From contig JAPLDG010000300.1 in the NCBI GenBank assembly GCA_026391845.1, forward strand, positions 19,595 to 83,594: DNA of 64,000 bases. The letters run 5' to 3'. The stretch is from Bacteroidota bacterium (GTDB taxonomy: Bacteria; Bacteroidota; Bacteroidia; Bacteroidales; FEN-979). Below are positions 18,078 through 25,601 of the stretch, in pieces (position 1 is the stretch's first letter; each line of letters begins with the position of its first letter). A model generated the notes under the pieces. It made no database searches, had not been told where the DNA came from, and was given only the letters and a program-made list of their open reading frames with translations. The position numbers were made by a program, and so were the translations under genes.

Positions 18078-20468
18078 TCATTCACCATTCCGCAAACAGC
18101 GAAGAGGAAATCCACCTGCCTTAAAGTTGTAATACGTCGTTTGACTATAGGAACTTGAGATCGCAAAATCCCCGGCATTCCAATCACTTCCACCGGTACT
18201 GCTCCAGTAGTTTCCAGAAATGCCCCGGCCTGAAACCGGCGGATTTACGGTTCTGGAGGGCACATGTCCTGCGGCATGGATTTTAAGCGTGGAATTCCAG
18301 GGACCAATCCAGTCGTTCCACCCTCCGGCATTGTCAATATTGCTATACTCTGTAAAAGTGGGTATGCGCCAGCCTGCGCCTAGTTCGATGGAGCAGGGGT
18401 CATTTGTGATGATCCAATCCGAATTTTCATAGAACAAGGTTATCCAGGCAGAAAGCGGTGAAACGGTCCCACCGTCGGGCTTAAATCCTTGCTTATGGTT
18501 GAACTCCCAATACCAGCCTGCTGATTCTTCAGTAGCGTCATCCATGGCGGTCGCCTGGTGGTCGGCGCCAAGATTGCTGGTGATCCAGCATTTGGAAGGT
18601 TCGCCGGGGAGATTCGTAACCGTTCCGTAGGTAACCGTCTTTGAAACCGGGGCAACAGCGCCGGCGGTATGGTTTACCGTGATTGAATCGCCGCAGGTCC
18701 AGCAATTGACTGTTGAAATCGTCAGCGTTGCAGGCGGGGAGACCTCGCAGGCGTTGTAGGCCCAAACATAGCGTGTAAAGTCTGTGTTGCAGGGGAGTCC
18801 CGTCTCGGTATGGGTGGTGTCCGTCCCCAGGTCGGTGGCGCTGCCATAATCGTTTGTGCTGTTGAATTTATAGCCTGTTGCCGTGGCAGCCGGGTACCAC
18901 TTCCAGACTACCTGGTGCTCCCCGGGCACCTGAACACCCGGCGCAGGGGCCGCGAAGGTGGGATTCTCCAGGGTCCAGCTTGCCGTTACCTGGCAAAGAC
19001 GGGCATCGGTGACCGTTACGGTATAGGTTCCGGCACAAAGACCCGATGCATTCTGTTCTGTTGTTGAATTGCTCCAGGCATAGGTATAGGGAGGGGTACC
19101 CCCGGAATCGCTGATGTCCACTCCGCCATCGCAGGCCCCATAGCAAGAGACAGCCGTGATGGTACCGGTAACTGAAAGAGAGTTTACCGGTTCGGAAATT
19201 ATAAAGGTATTTGTCAATGAGTCATGGTTCAGGCAGAACAAGGCGTCGGTAACGGTAACGGAATAGATTCCCGGCCCAATTCCTGTGCGGTTCTGCGTGG
19301 CAGCTGCATCGTTCCAAAGGAATGAATAGGGCGCACTGCCCCCGGATACAGTGAGGGTGATGGCTCCGTTGCCCTGGCCAAAACAGGAGACTGGCGTGGT
19401 GTCGCCGCCAACGATGATGGGCGAGAGTATCTCGGTGAAGAATATGGCTTTCGAAACAGCGCCGGCTGGTGGACTGTAGTTCATGGTCAGGTAAAAGAGA
19501 TCGGTTGCATAGCCGGGTTCCCCGAATGGAATGACCGGATCCTGATCGGATGAGATCCACGAGCCACTTGAGTTCTCCCAATGGTAACTTGAACCCGCAG
19601 AGCCGCACCCCCCGGAAGGGAATGGGCATGAGAGCCGGATGGGTTCCCCGTAACAAACGGGCTGGCATCCCTTGAAGACCTGGAAGCCGGTTGCTGTGAA
19701 TCCCGCGATGCACGATTCAAAAGAGGTCACGTTGCATTCGATCCGGTCGTTGAGAACGGGCTGACAGGCGTACGTTGAATTGGTCTCTCCCGGCACATCC
19801 GTTCCGTTCACGTTCCATTGATAAAGTGGGTTAACAACGATTCCGCTGATGCCGGCTGTGAATGTGTGACTTGCTTCGGAACATGCCGGGTTGACATTGG
19901 AGGAGATAGATACTTCGAGCGCCGAGCCGGGTACCAGCTTGATATTCAGGCAGCTCAAGGTGCTTTTCGCGCATGAGCTGACCGTCGAAACACATATGTT
20001 CCCGTTCGTCGAGCCGAAATTCACGGTGATGGAGTCCGTTCCCTGTCCATGGGTGATGGTGGCCCCGGGCGGAACCATCCAGGTGTACCCCGTGGCACCC
20101 GGCACAGCAGCAACCGAATAAACCTCGCAGGAGGCATATATGCAGGGGCTGCTTTTACCGGTGATGGCTCCGGGAGGATCGACTACGCCGCTGTTGCCCA
20201 AAGGTACCCAGGCGGAGCCGTTGAAAAACTGCACATCATTGCAGTCAAGGTTGTAGATGATCAGACCGGTGGCCGGGGAGGAAATCGCGTCGCGCTGCAG
20301 GGTTGTCATCCGGGGAGGTAGCATGCCCTTGTTAATGAATTTGACATCCAGCCCGGCTGAAGGGTCAGGCTGGCTTCCATCGGTGTTGATACCGACCTGT
20401 GCCGAAAGTGGCAATCTGAAAAGGATCATCATTGCCAATAAACCAGGTAATATCGATAGTGCTTTCAT
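18078..20468 (-). CDS. Large secreted adhesin-like protein: PKD-like domain, two SprB repeats, FN3-like domain, C-terminal FISUMP (Fibrobacter succinogenes major paralogous) domain
   Basis: Signal peptide. SprB repeats CFGQGNGAITLTVSGGSAPYSFLWN...YSVTVTDALFC and CYGACDGGVDISDSGGTPPYTYAWSN...YTVTVTDARLC. FISUMP motifs CWITSNLGA...GWRIPT...YWSST...GFPLRCL. Confidence 0.85.
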   Translation of the reverse strand: MKALSILPGLLAMMILFRLPLSAQVGINTDGSQPDPSAGLDVKFINKGMLPPRMTTLQRDAISSPATGLIIYNLDCNDVQFFNGSAWVPLGNSGVVDPPGAITGKSSPCIYASCEVYSVAAVPGATGYTWMVPPGATITHGQGTDSITVNFGSTNGNICVSTVSSCAKSTLSCLNIKLVPGSALEVSISSNVNPACSEASHTFTAGISGIVVNPLYQWNVNGTDVPGETNSTYACQPVLNDRIECNVTSFESCIAGFTATGFQVFKGCQPVCYGEPIRLSCPFPSGGCGSAGSSYHWENSSGSWISSDQDPVIPFGEPGYATDLFYLTMNYSPPAGAVSKAIFFTEILSPIIVGGDTTPVSCFGQGNGAITLTVSGGSAPYSFLWNDAAATQNRTGIGPGIYSVTVTDALFCLNHDSLTNTFIISEPVNSLSVTGTITAVSCYGACDGGVDISDSGGTPPYTYAWSNSTTEQNASGLCAGTYTVTVTDARLCQVTASWTLENPTFAAPAPGVQVPGEHQVVWKWYPAATATGYKFNSTNDYGSATDLGTDTTHTETGLPCNTDFTRYVWAYNACEVSPPATLTISTVNCWTCGDSITVNHTAGAVAPVSKTVTYGTVTNLPGEPSKCWITSNLGADHQATAMDDATEESAGWYWEFNHKQGFKPDGGTVSPLSAWITLFYENSDWIITNDPCSIELGAGWRIPTFTEYSNIDNAGGWNDWIGPWNSTLKIHAAGHVPSRTVNPPVSGRGISGNYWSSTGGSDWNAGDFAISSSYSQTTYYNFKAGGFPLRCLRNGE

Positions 20469-20474
20469 AATTAC

Positions 20475-20499
20475 CGTATATTTTGTCTATAAATATACG
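20475..20499. repeat. Perfect 9-bp inverted repeat CGTATATTT-n7-AAATATACG, 7 nt upstream of the adhesin start codon
   Basis: Read directly from the sequence. It could be the terminator of the upstream small gene or a 5' regulatory hairpin or operator. Confidence 0.35.
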
Positions 20500-20566
20500 A
20501 TATAAAAACATGAAAATCAAGAGGTGAACTGAATGGAAAAGTCCGTGGGGAAAATGTTTATGTGGA

Positions 20567-20932
20567 TTATTCAAAGTCGGCTTCTGCAGGTGTAACAGGT
20601 GCAAGGGAGGTGGCATTTATGATCTCATCAATGGCCTCCTCAAAATCAGCCACAGAGGGGGTAGTTGGGGCAAAATCAACAATCAGGTCCGGTTCACACG
20701 GCATATCCTCAAAAGTTGCTTCAGCGGGACTCACCGGTGCAAGGAAGCTAACTTCATTCATTTCGGGAATTTCTTCAAAGGTCGCCTCCAATGGAGTGAC
20801 CGGGGCAAGGGCTGCCAGGGTGAGGGTGACGCTTTCATTTGTCACGGGGGCTGATGATATTTCATTTCCTGCGAAGAGATTTCCTGCCTGGAGGGAGAGA
20901 ATTGCTGCGATGATGATGGTTGTTGCTTTCAT
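20567..20932 (-). CDS. Small acidic secreted protein built from 23-aa repeats ending in (L/F)AP(V/T)(T/S)PxxA(T/D)FE(E/D)
   Basis: Signal peptide MKATTIIIAAILSLQAGNLFAG. Repeats LAPVTPLEATFEE, LAPVSPAEATFED, FAPTTPSVADFEE and LAPVTPAEADFE (the C-terminus), starting at aa 42, 64, 87 and 110. Confidence 0.7.
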   Translation of the reverse strand: MKATTIIIAAILSLQAGNLFAGNEISSAPVTNESVTLTLAALAPVTPLEATFEEIPEMNEVSFLAPVSPAEATFEDMPCEPDLIVDFAPTTPSVADFEEAIDEIINATSLAPVTPAEADFE

Positions 20933-21015
20933 TTTGTATTTTTGTTTGAGTTTGATGAAGCAAAGATACCACCCCCTGATGGGCCTTCACAAGCGCTGAA
21001 GTGCCTGATTTTCGA

Positions 21016-21029
21016 GCGTATTTTTACGC
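21016..21029. promoter_or_regulatory. Palindrome GCGTA-tttt-TACGC upstream of the repeat-protein gene
   Basis: Same half-sites and 4-nt spacer as TGCGTA-aaat-TACGCA at 58130-58145. Lies 84-97 nt upstream of the start at 20932 and about 20 nt downstream of the DUF1801 gene stop. Confidence 0.3.
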
Positions 21030-21048
21030 AACATGGCAAGTAATTGCC

Positions 21049-21465
21049 TCATTTTGCAAAGTATTCCCAGGTTAATGATGCATCTATTATCTCCTTCAGG
21101 ACCTGTATATCGATATCCGCCAACTTGTTTATGTATAGACAGCCTACACCTGTCTTATGCTTGCCCAACTTTTCAAGCGCAGCATCATGTTGCCTGATAT
21201 TTCCGCTGAGGTACAACGACAGATTCGCTTTACGGGGAGAGAAACCGATCCGGATCCAATCAACTTCCCTGCCGGTGGCAGGGCTTTTCAGTCGTACATT
21301 ACCAAATCCGATGAGTGAACTGCCCCACATTTTCGGCTCTTCCCCAACAGCCTTTTTCATCATTTCCAACAGCACGAAGCTGTCTTTGCGCTTTTGTTCA
21401 TCCCTGACACCATTAATAAAATCCTCAACGCTTGCAGAGGTTGGTTTTGTTTTTATTTCAGCCAT
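21049..21465 (-). CDS. DUF1801 (YdhG-like) domain protein
   Basis: 138 aa. KPTSASVEDFINGV...MWGSSLIGFG...GFSPRKANLSLYL is the typical DUF1801 pattern. Confidence 0.8.
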   Translation of the reverse strand: MAEIKTKPTSASVEDFINGVRDEQKRKDSFVLLEMMKKAVGEEPKMWGSSLIGFGNVRLKSPATGREVDWIRIGFSPRKANLSLYLSGNIRQHDAALEKLGKHKTGVGCLYINKLADIDIQVLKEIIDASLTWEYFAK

Positions 21466-21620
21466 ATATCACTTTTTTCAATGTGGTAAAGTTATCAAAA
21501 TTAATCTGCTTTGTTTCAGATTTGTTTCAGATTTGATGCTGTGTCGTTTCAGATAAGATTCAGATCGGGTTCTCAAACTTCCTATCTTTACACCCTTCCT
21601 TTCCAATTAAATACCGGCAC

Positions 21621-23249
21621 ATGATATACGATTATATTGTTATTGGATCTGGCTTCGGTGGCAGCGTTGCCAGCCTGCGCCTCGCAGAGAAAGGCTACTC
21701 CGTTCTGACCCTCGAGCAAGGAAAACGATATCATCCCAAAGATTTTCCGAAGACCAACTGGAATCTTGCAAAATACCTCTGGGTGCCTGCATTGCGGTTC
21801 TTTGGATTTCAAAAACTCTCATTTTTTTCCTCTGCAAGCATCATGAGCGGAACGGGTGTGGGCGGAGGCAGCCTTGTTTACGCCAACACCTTGTACATTC
21901 CCCCCGACGAATTTTTCAACAATTTGTCGTGGAACCGCTTCGGCAACTGGAAAACAATTCTTGAACCTTTTTACAACCGGGCCTCCTTCATGCTGGGGAG
22001 GAAGAAATACTCGAAACTGAACATCGAAGATCGTATCCTTGAAGAAGTTTCGAGGGACATGAAGGCCCATGATTCATTTGAAACTGTTTATGTGGGTGTC
22101 AATATCGATGGCACTGACCAGGAGACTGATCCTTATTTCAACGGCCTGGGACCCCTCCGCAAAGGTTGCATTGAATGTGCCGGATGCATGGTCGGATGCA
22201 GGGAAAATGCGAAAAACACCCTCGACATGAACTATTTGTGGTTCGCAGAAAAGCTTGGTGTGGTGATCCTTCCGGAAACAAAGGCAGAAAAGATAACCTA
22301 TCATGACGACCTTTATCATGTTGAAACAAGAAATGTAACTTCCTTATTTCCAAAGGTAAAGAAAGTCTTCCGTGCCAAAGGAATTATCGTTGCGGCAGGC
22401 GCACTGGGAACGCTGAGTCTGCTGCTGAAACAGAAATATAAATATGCCACTCTGCCGTTGCTGTCACCCAAACTCGGCTATGAACTGAGAACGAATGCCG
22501 AAACACTCTGCGCTGTTTCCGGCATAAAAGAAAAAATGAACAACGGACTGGCCATAACCTCTGTCTTCAGCCCCGATTCCTCCACCCATGTTGAAGTGGT
22601 TAAATACTCCGATGGTTCAAACGCCATGAAGTGGTTTTTCGGATTATCCGTTCCCGGGGCCGACACTCAGGCAAAAAGGAGCTGGATGTTGTTGCTGAAA
22701 ACAATCATGCATCCCTGGCTCTTTCTGAAAACGGTTTTTAATTTTTCCTGGTCAACCGGTTCGGTCATTTTCCTGGTGATGCAATCGGCCGACAATGCCA
22801 TGAAGATGGTTTGGAAAAAAAATCTGTTCGGAGGATCGATGAAGATTGATAACCGGGGAAATAAAAAAGTACCCGCCTTTATTCCGGTCGGACAGGAGGT
22901 CATGGAGCGTTATGCACGGAAGGTTGCAGGGGTGCCGCAAAACATCCTTCTTGAGGTGTTTTTCAACAGACCAACCACCGCACATATACTGGGAGGCTGC
23001 CCCATGTCGGAATCGGCTGAAACAGGTGTTGTGGATAAAAACCTTCAGGTGCACGGCTATCCCGGATTTTACATCACAGACGGCTCTGTGATCCAGGGCA
23101 ATATTGGCGTTAATCCCAGCCTGACCATTACTGCCATGGCTGAATATTGCATGAATGGCATTCCGGTTAAGGCGGGAGCCGGGGAAACAGATATTTCAAA
23201 ACAATTATTGATTCTGGAAGAGGAATGGAAAAAGAAGAAATCAGCTTAA
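21621..23249 (+). CDS. GMC-family FAD-dependent oxidoreductase (cholesterol/long-chain alcohol oxidase-like)
   Basis: N-terminal Rossmann motif YDYIVIGSGFGGSVASLRLAEKGYSVLTLEQG. C-terminal GMC signature region HILGGCPMS...YITDGSVIQGNIGVNPSLTI. Confidence 0.9.
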   Translation: MIYDYIVIGSGFGGSVASLRLAEKGYSVLTLEQGKRYHPKDFPKTNWNLAKYLWVPALRFFGFQKLSFFSSASIMSGTGVGGGSLVYANTLYIPPDEFFNNLSWNRFGNWKTILEPFYNRASFMLGRKKYSKLNIEDRILEEVSRDMKAHDSFETVYVGVNIDGTDQETDPYFNGLGPLRKGCIECAGCMVGCRENAKNTLDMNYLWFAEKLGVVILPETKAEKITYHDDLYHVETRNVTSLFPKVKKVFRAKGIIVAAGALGTLSLLLKQKYKYATLPLLSPKLGYELRTNAETLCAVSGIKEKMNNGLAITSVFSPDSSTHVEVVKYSDGSNAMKWFFGLSVPGADTQAKRSWMLLLKTIMHPWLFLKTVFNFSWSTGSVIFLVMQSADNAMKMVWKKNLFGGSMKIDNRGNKKVPAFIPVGQEVMERYARKVAGVPQNILLEVFFNRPTTAHILGGCPMSESAETGVVDKNLQVHGYPGFYITDGSVIQGNIGVNPSLTITAMAEYCMNGIPVKAGAGETDISKQLLILEEEWKKKKSA

Positions 23250-24601
23250 TCATTGAAGCGCAGCGCAGGTTTTTTGCCACAGGTAAAACTTTCGCCATTG
23301 ACTTCCGGCTTGAAACCCTGAAAAAATTACGATCGCTGATCATCCTGCACGAGCATGAGATCGCGGATGCATTATTTAAAGATTTCCACAAGCCGGAATT
23401 TGAGGTTATCGCTACTGAAACCCGTTTTGTCATCAAAGAACTGAACCATGCCATCGGTAAACTCAGGAGCTGGACCAGGAAGAGGCGCGTGGTTACGCCG
23501 ATTGTCCATTTTTTGTCGCAAAGCTATGTCGTTGCCCAGCCTTACGGACAGGTTCTGGTTCTGTCGCCCTGGAATTTCCCGTTCCAGCTTGCTTTCATGC
23601 CCATTGTGGGTGCGCTTTCAGCCGGCAATTGTGTGGTTCTGAAGGCTTCGGGACAAGTGCCGAATGTTGCAGCCGTGATGGGAAAAATACTCAGCAACTT
23701 CCCGCCTGAACTGATTGCCATGATCGGGGGAGGTCATGACACCAGCGACTACCTTCTTGATCAGAAGTTTGATTACATTTTTTTCACGGGAAGTCCGAAG
23801 GTAGGTAAATATATCATGCAGAAAGCATCCGTAAACCTGACCCCCTTCTCTCTTGAACTTGGTGGCAAAAACCCTTGTGTGATAGCTGCTGACGCACGGC
23901 TCGATTATGCGGCCAGGAGAATCGCATGGGGCAAATTCATCAATTGCGGTCAAACCTGTGTGAGTCCCGATTATATTTTGATCGATCATACCGTAAGGGA
24001 TCGGTTTCTTGAGCTTATTTCGAAGGAGGTTCATGCGTTCTATGGTGAAAATCCTGAAAAGAGCGATGATTTTGCACGGGTCATCAGCAGGGAAAGCGCT
24101 CTGCGGCTGGCATCCCTGATGAAGTGCGGACAGATCGTTGCCGGGGGCAGTTACGATGAGAATACCCATTATGTTGCACCAACCATCATCAGGGATGTGC
24201 AACCGGGGGACCCGATCATGCAGGAGGAGATTTTCGGGCCGGTCCTCCCGGTCATTGAATTCAACAACTTCAACGACGTGTATGCCATCATTGAACAACA
24301 TCCAAAACCGCTTGCCACCTATATTTTTTCCACGGATAAAAAGCGTATCCGGGACTTTCTACAGAAAACTCAATCGGGAAATGTCAGCGTAAACGAAACA
24401 GTGATGCAGATCGCCTCTCCATATCTGCCTTATGGCGGGATCGGGCCAAGCGGGATCGGCAGGTATCATGGCAAAAAGTCATTTGAAACTTTTTCCAACA
24501 TGCGCTCGGTACTCGTAAAATCAAACCTCTTCGATATCTGGCTAAGGTATCCTCCCTATTCGAAATTTAAGACGAAGATCGTAAGTTTTTTAATGAAATA
24601 A
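23225..24601 (+). CDS. Class-3-type aldehyde dehydrogenase (fatty/aromatic aldehyde dehydrogenase family)
   Basis: ELGGKNP glutamate motif and catalytic Cys motif NCGQTCVSPDY. 458 aa. The start overlaps the GMC gene by 25 nt. Confidence 0.9.
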   Translation: MEKEEISLIIEAQRRFFATGKTFAIDFRLETLKKLRSLIILHEHEIADALFKDFHKPEFEVIATETRFVIKELNHAIGKLRSWTRKRRVVTPIVHFLSQSYVVAQPYGQVLVLSPWNFPFQLAFMPIVGALSAGNCVVLKASGQVPNVAAVMGKILSNFPPELIAMIGGGHDTSDYLLDQKFDYIFFTGSPKVGKYIMQKASVNLTPFSLELGGKNPCVIAADARLDYAARRIAWGKFINCGQTCVSPDYILIDHTVRDRFLELISKEVHAFYGENPEKSDDFARVISRESALRLASLMKCGQIVAGGSYDENTHYVAPTIIRDVQPGDPIMQEEIFGPVLPVIEFNNFNDVYAIIEQHPKPLATYIFSTDKKRIRDFLQKTQSGNVSVNETVMQIASPYLPYGGIGPSGIGRYHGKKSFETFSNMRSVLVKSNLFDIWLRYPPYSKFKTKIVSFLMK

Positions 24602-24748
24602 GACAAACGAAAGTACGAAGGACAAAGAACAAAGGACAAACGAAAGCGGGAAGGACAAAGTTCGAAGGACGAACAACGGTCGGCTAATCCCAGCCTTTGT
24701 ACTTCGTCATTCGTCATTCGTACTTCTTACTTCGTCATTCATTCGTAC
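24602..24748. repeat. Long imperfect hairpin built from purine-rich (GAAGGAC/GACAAAG) and complementary TTCGTCA 7-nt units
   Basis: Right arm TTCGTCA|TTCGTCA|TTCGTAC|TTCTTAC|TTCGTCA|TTCATTC has TTC phased every 7 nt from 24703 to 24738. The left arm (24602-24680) is the approximate reverse complement (for example cgaaggacaaag vs ctttgtacttcg). It sits between the convergent ALDH and sodB genes. Confidence 0.55.
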
Positions 24749-24865
24749 ACTAAATGTCTGAAGTCAGGAAGTGTATCCGGGCCTTTCTACACTTAACATT
24801 TTTTACTTTATCCCGATTTCCTTTTTCCCGATGCTGTAAGAAATTTTATATTTATTCATTTGAGA

Positions 24866-24900
24866 TCTCAAATCTGAATTCTCAAATCTGAGATTTCAGA
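24866..24900. repeat. Five phased heptamers TCTCAAA|TCTGAAT|TCTCAAA|TCTGAGA|TTTCAGA abutting the sodB stop codon
   Basis: Read directly. The last unit contains the sodB stop (tca, 24896-24898). Confidence 0.5.
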
Positions 24901-25471
24901 GTCGGCCGGCTACGGCATTCCAATCAACCAATTTCCAGAAATCGGCGATGTAATCAGGACGAACATTCTGTTTATCAAGATAGTAGGCATGCTCCCACAC
25001 ATCACATGTAAGCAATGGCGATGCGCCATGTTTCATCGGGTTGCCGGCATTGCTTTCCTGAACGATCTCCAGTCTTCCATCCTCCTTTTTGATCAGCCAG
25101 GCCCAGCCTGAGCCAAACAGGGTGGCGGCCGCTGCCGAAAATTTCTCCTTGAACTCCGCAAATGAACCGAAGTTCTTTAAAATGGCTTCGGCCAGCGCTC
25201 CGGTTGGTTCGCCTCCGCCCTGCGGCTTCATGCAATTCCAGTAAAAGGTATGGTTCCATACCTGGGCGCCATTGTTAAAAATACCTGCGCCTGCTTTCAT
25301 GACGATGTGATCGAGGGTGGCATTTTCAAATTCGGTGCCAACGATCAGTTTATTCAGGTTATTCACATATGCCTGATGATGTTTTCCATAATGAAATTCA
25401 ATGGTCCGCTTCGAAATATAAGGTTCCAGTGCATCCAATGCATAAGGAAGCTTTGGGAGTTCATGTGTCAT
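24896..25471 (-). CDS. sodB: Fe-type superoxide dismutase
   Basis: [42 protein letters not shown] (Fe-type signature), DVWEHAYYL. 191 aa. Confidence 0.95.
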   Translation of the reverse strand: MTHELPKLPYALDALEPYISKRTIEFHYGKHHQAYVNNLNKLIVGTEFENATLDHIVMKAGAGIFNNGAQVWNHTFYWNCMKPQGGGEPTGALAEAILKNFGSFAEFKEKFSAAAATLFGSGWAWLIKKEDGRLEIVQESNAGNPMKHGASPLLTCDVWEHAYYLDKQNVRPDYIADFWKLVDWNAVAGRL

Positions 25472-25515
25472 AAAATTAAGATTTAAGGTTAATAATCTGT
25501 TAATAAATTCAATAT

Positions 25516-25550
25516 GAAAAATGCAAAATCAAAATTCAAAGTTCAAACCC
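25516..25550 (-). promoter_or_regulatory. Phased TTTG heptad array in the sodB upstream region
   Basis: Plus strand GAAAAAT|GCAAAAT|CAAAATT|CAAAGTT|CAAACCC. The minus strand reads ...TTTGAAC TTTGAAT TTTGATT TTGC..., 45-80 nt upstream of the sodB ATG. TTTG is the Bacteroidetes -33 core and part of the -7 box. Confidence 0.4.
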
Positions 25551-25561
25551 TGGCGCCCTTT

Positions 25562-25601
25562 CTCCCCTCCTTTTTTCGGGGGGGGGGGCGGAGGCGGGGT
25601 C
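25562..25601 (-). repeat. C-rich element copy C (contains an 11-nt G/C homopolymer at 25578-25588); probable terminator hairpin of the S41 peptidase gene
   Basis: The minus strand reads taGACCCCGCCTCCGCCCCCCCCCCCGAAAAAAGGAGGGGAG, starting at the last base of the peptidase stop codon. It is similar to 34771-34805 and 31524-31550. The C-run can pair with GGAGGGG, with a GAAAAAA loop. Confidence 0.5.

Noticed and set aside
20562-20999. 145-aa plus-strand ORF with SKVASxGxTGAR repeats
   Set aside because: It is the mirror image of the repeat-protein gene. The minus-strand product has a proper signal peptide and ends exactly on a repeat, so I prefer it. The plus ORF is open only because the repeats lack stop codons in that frame.
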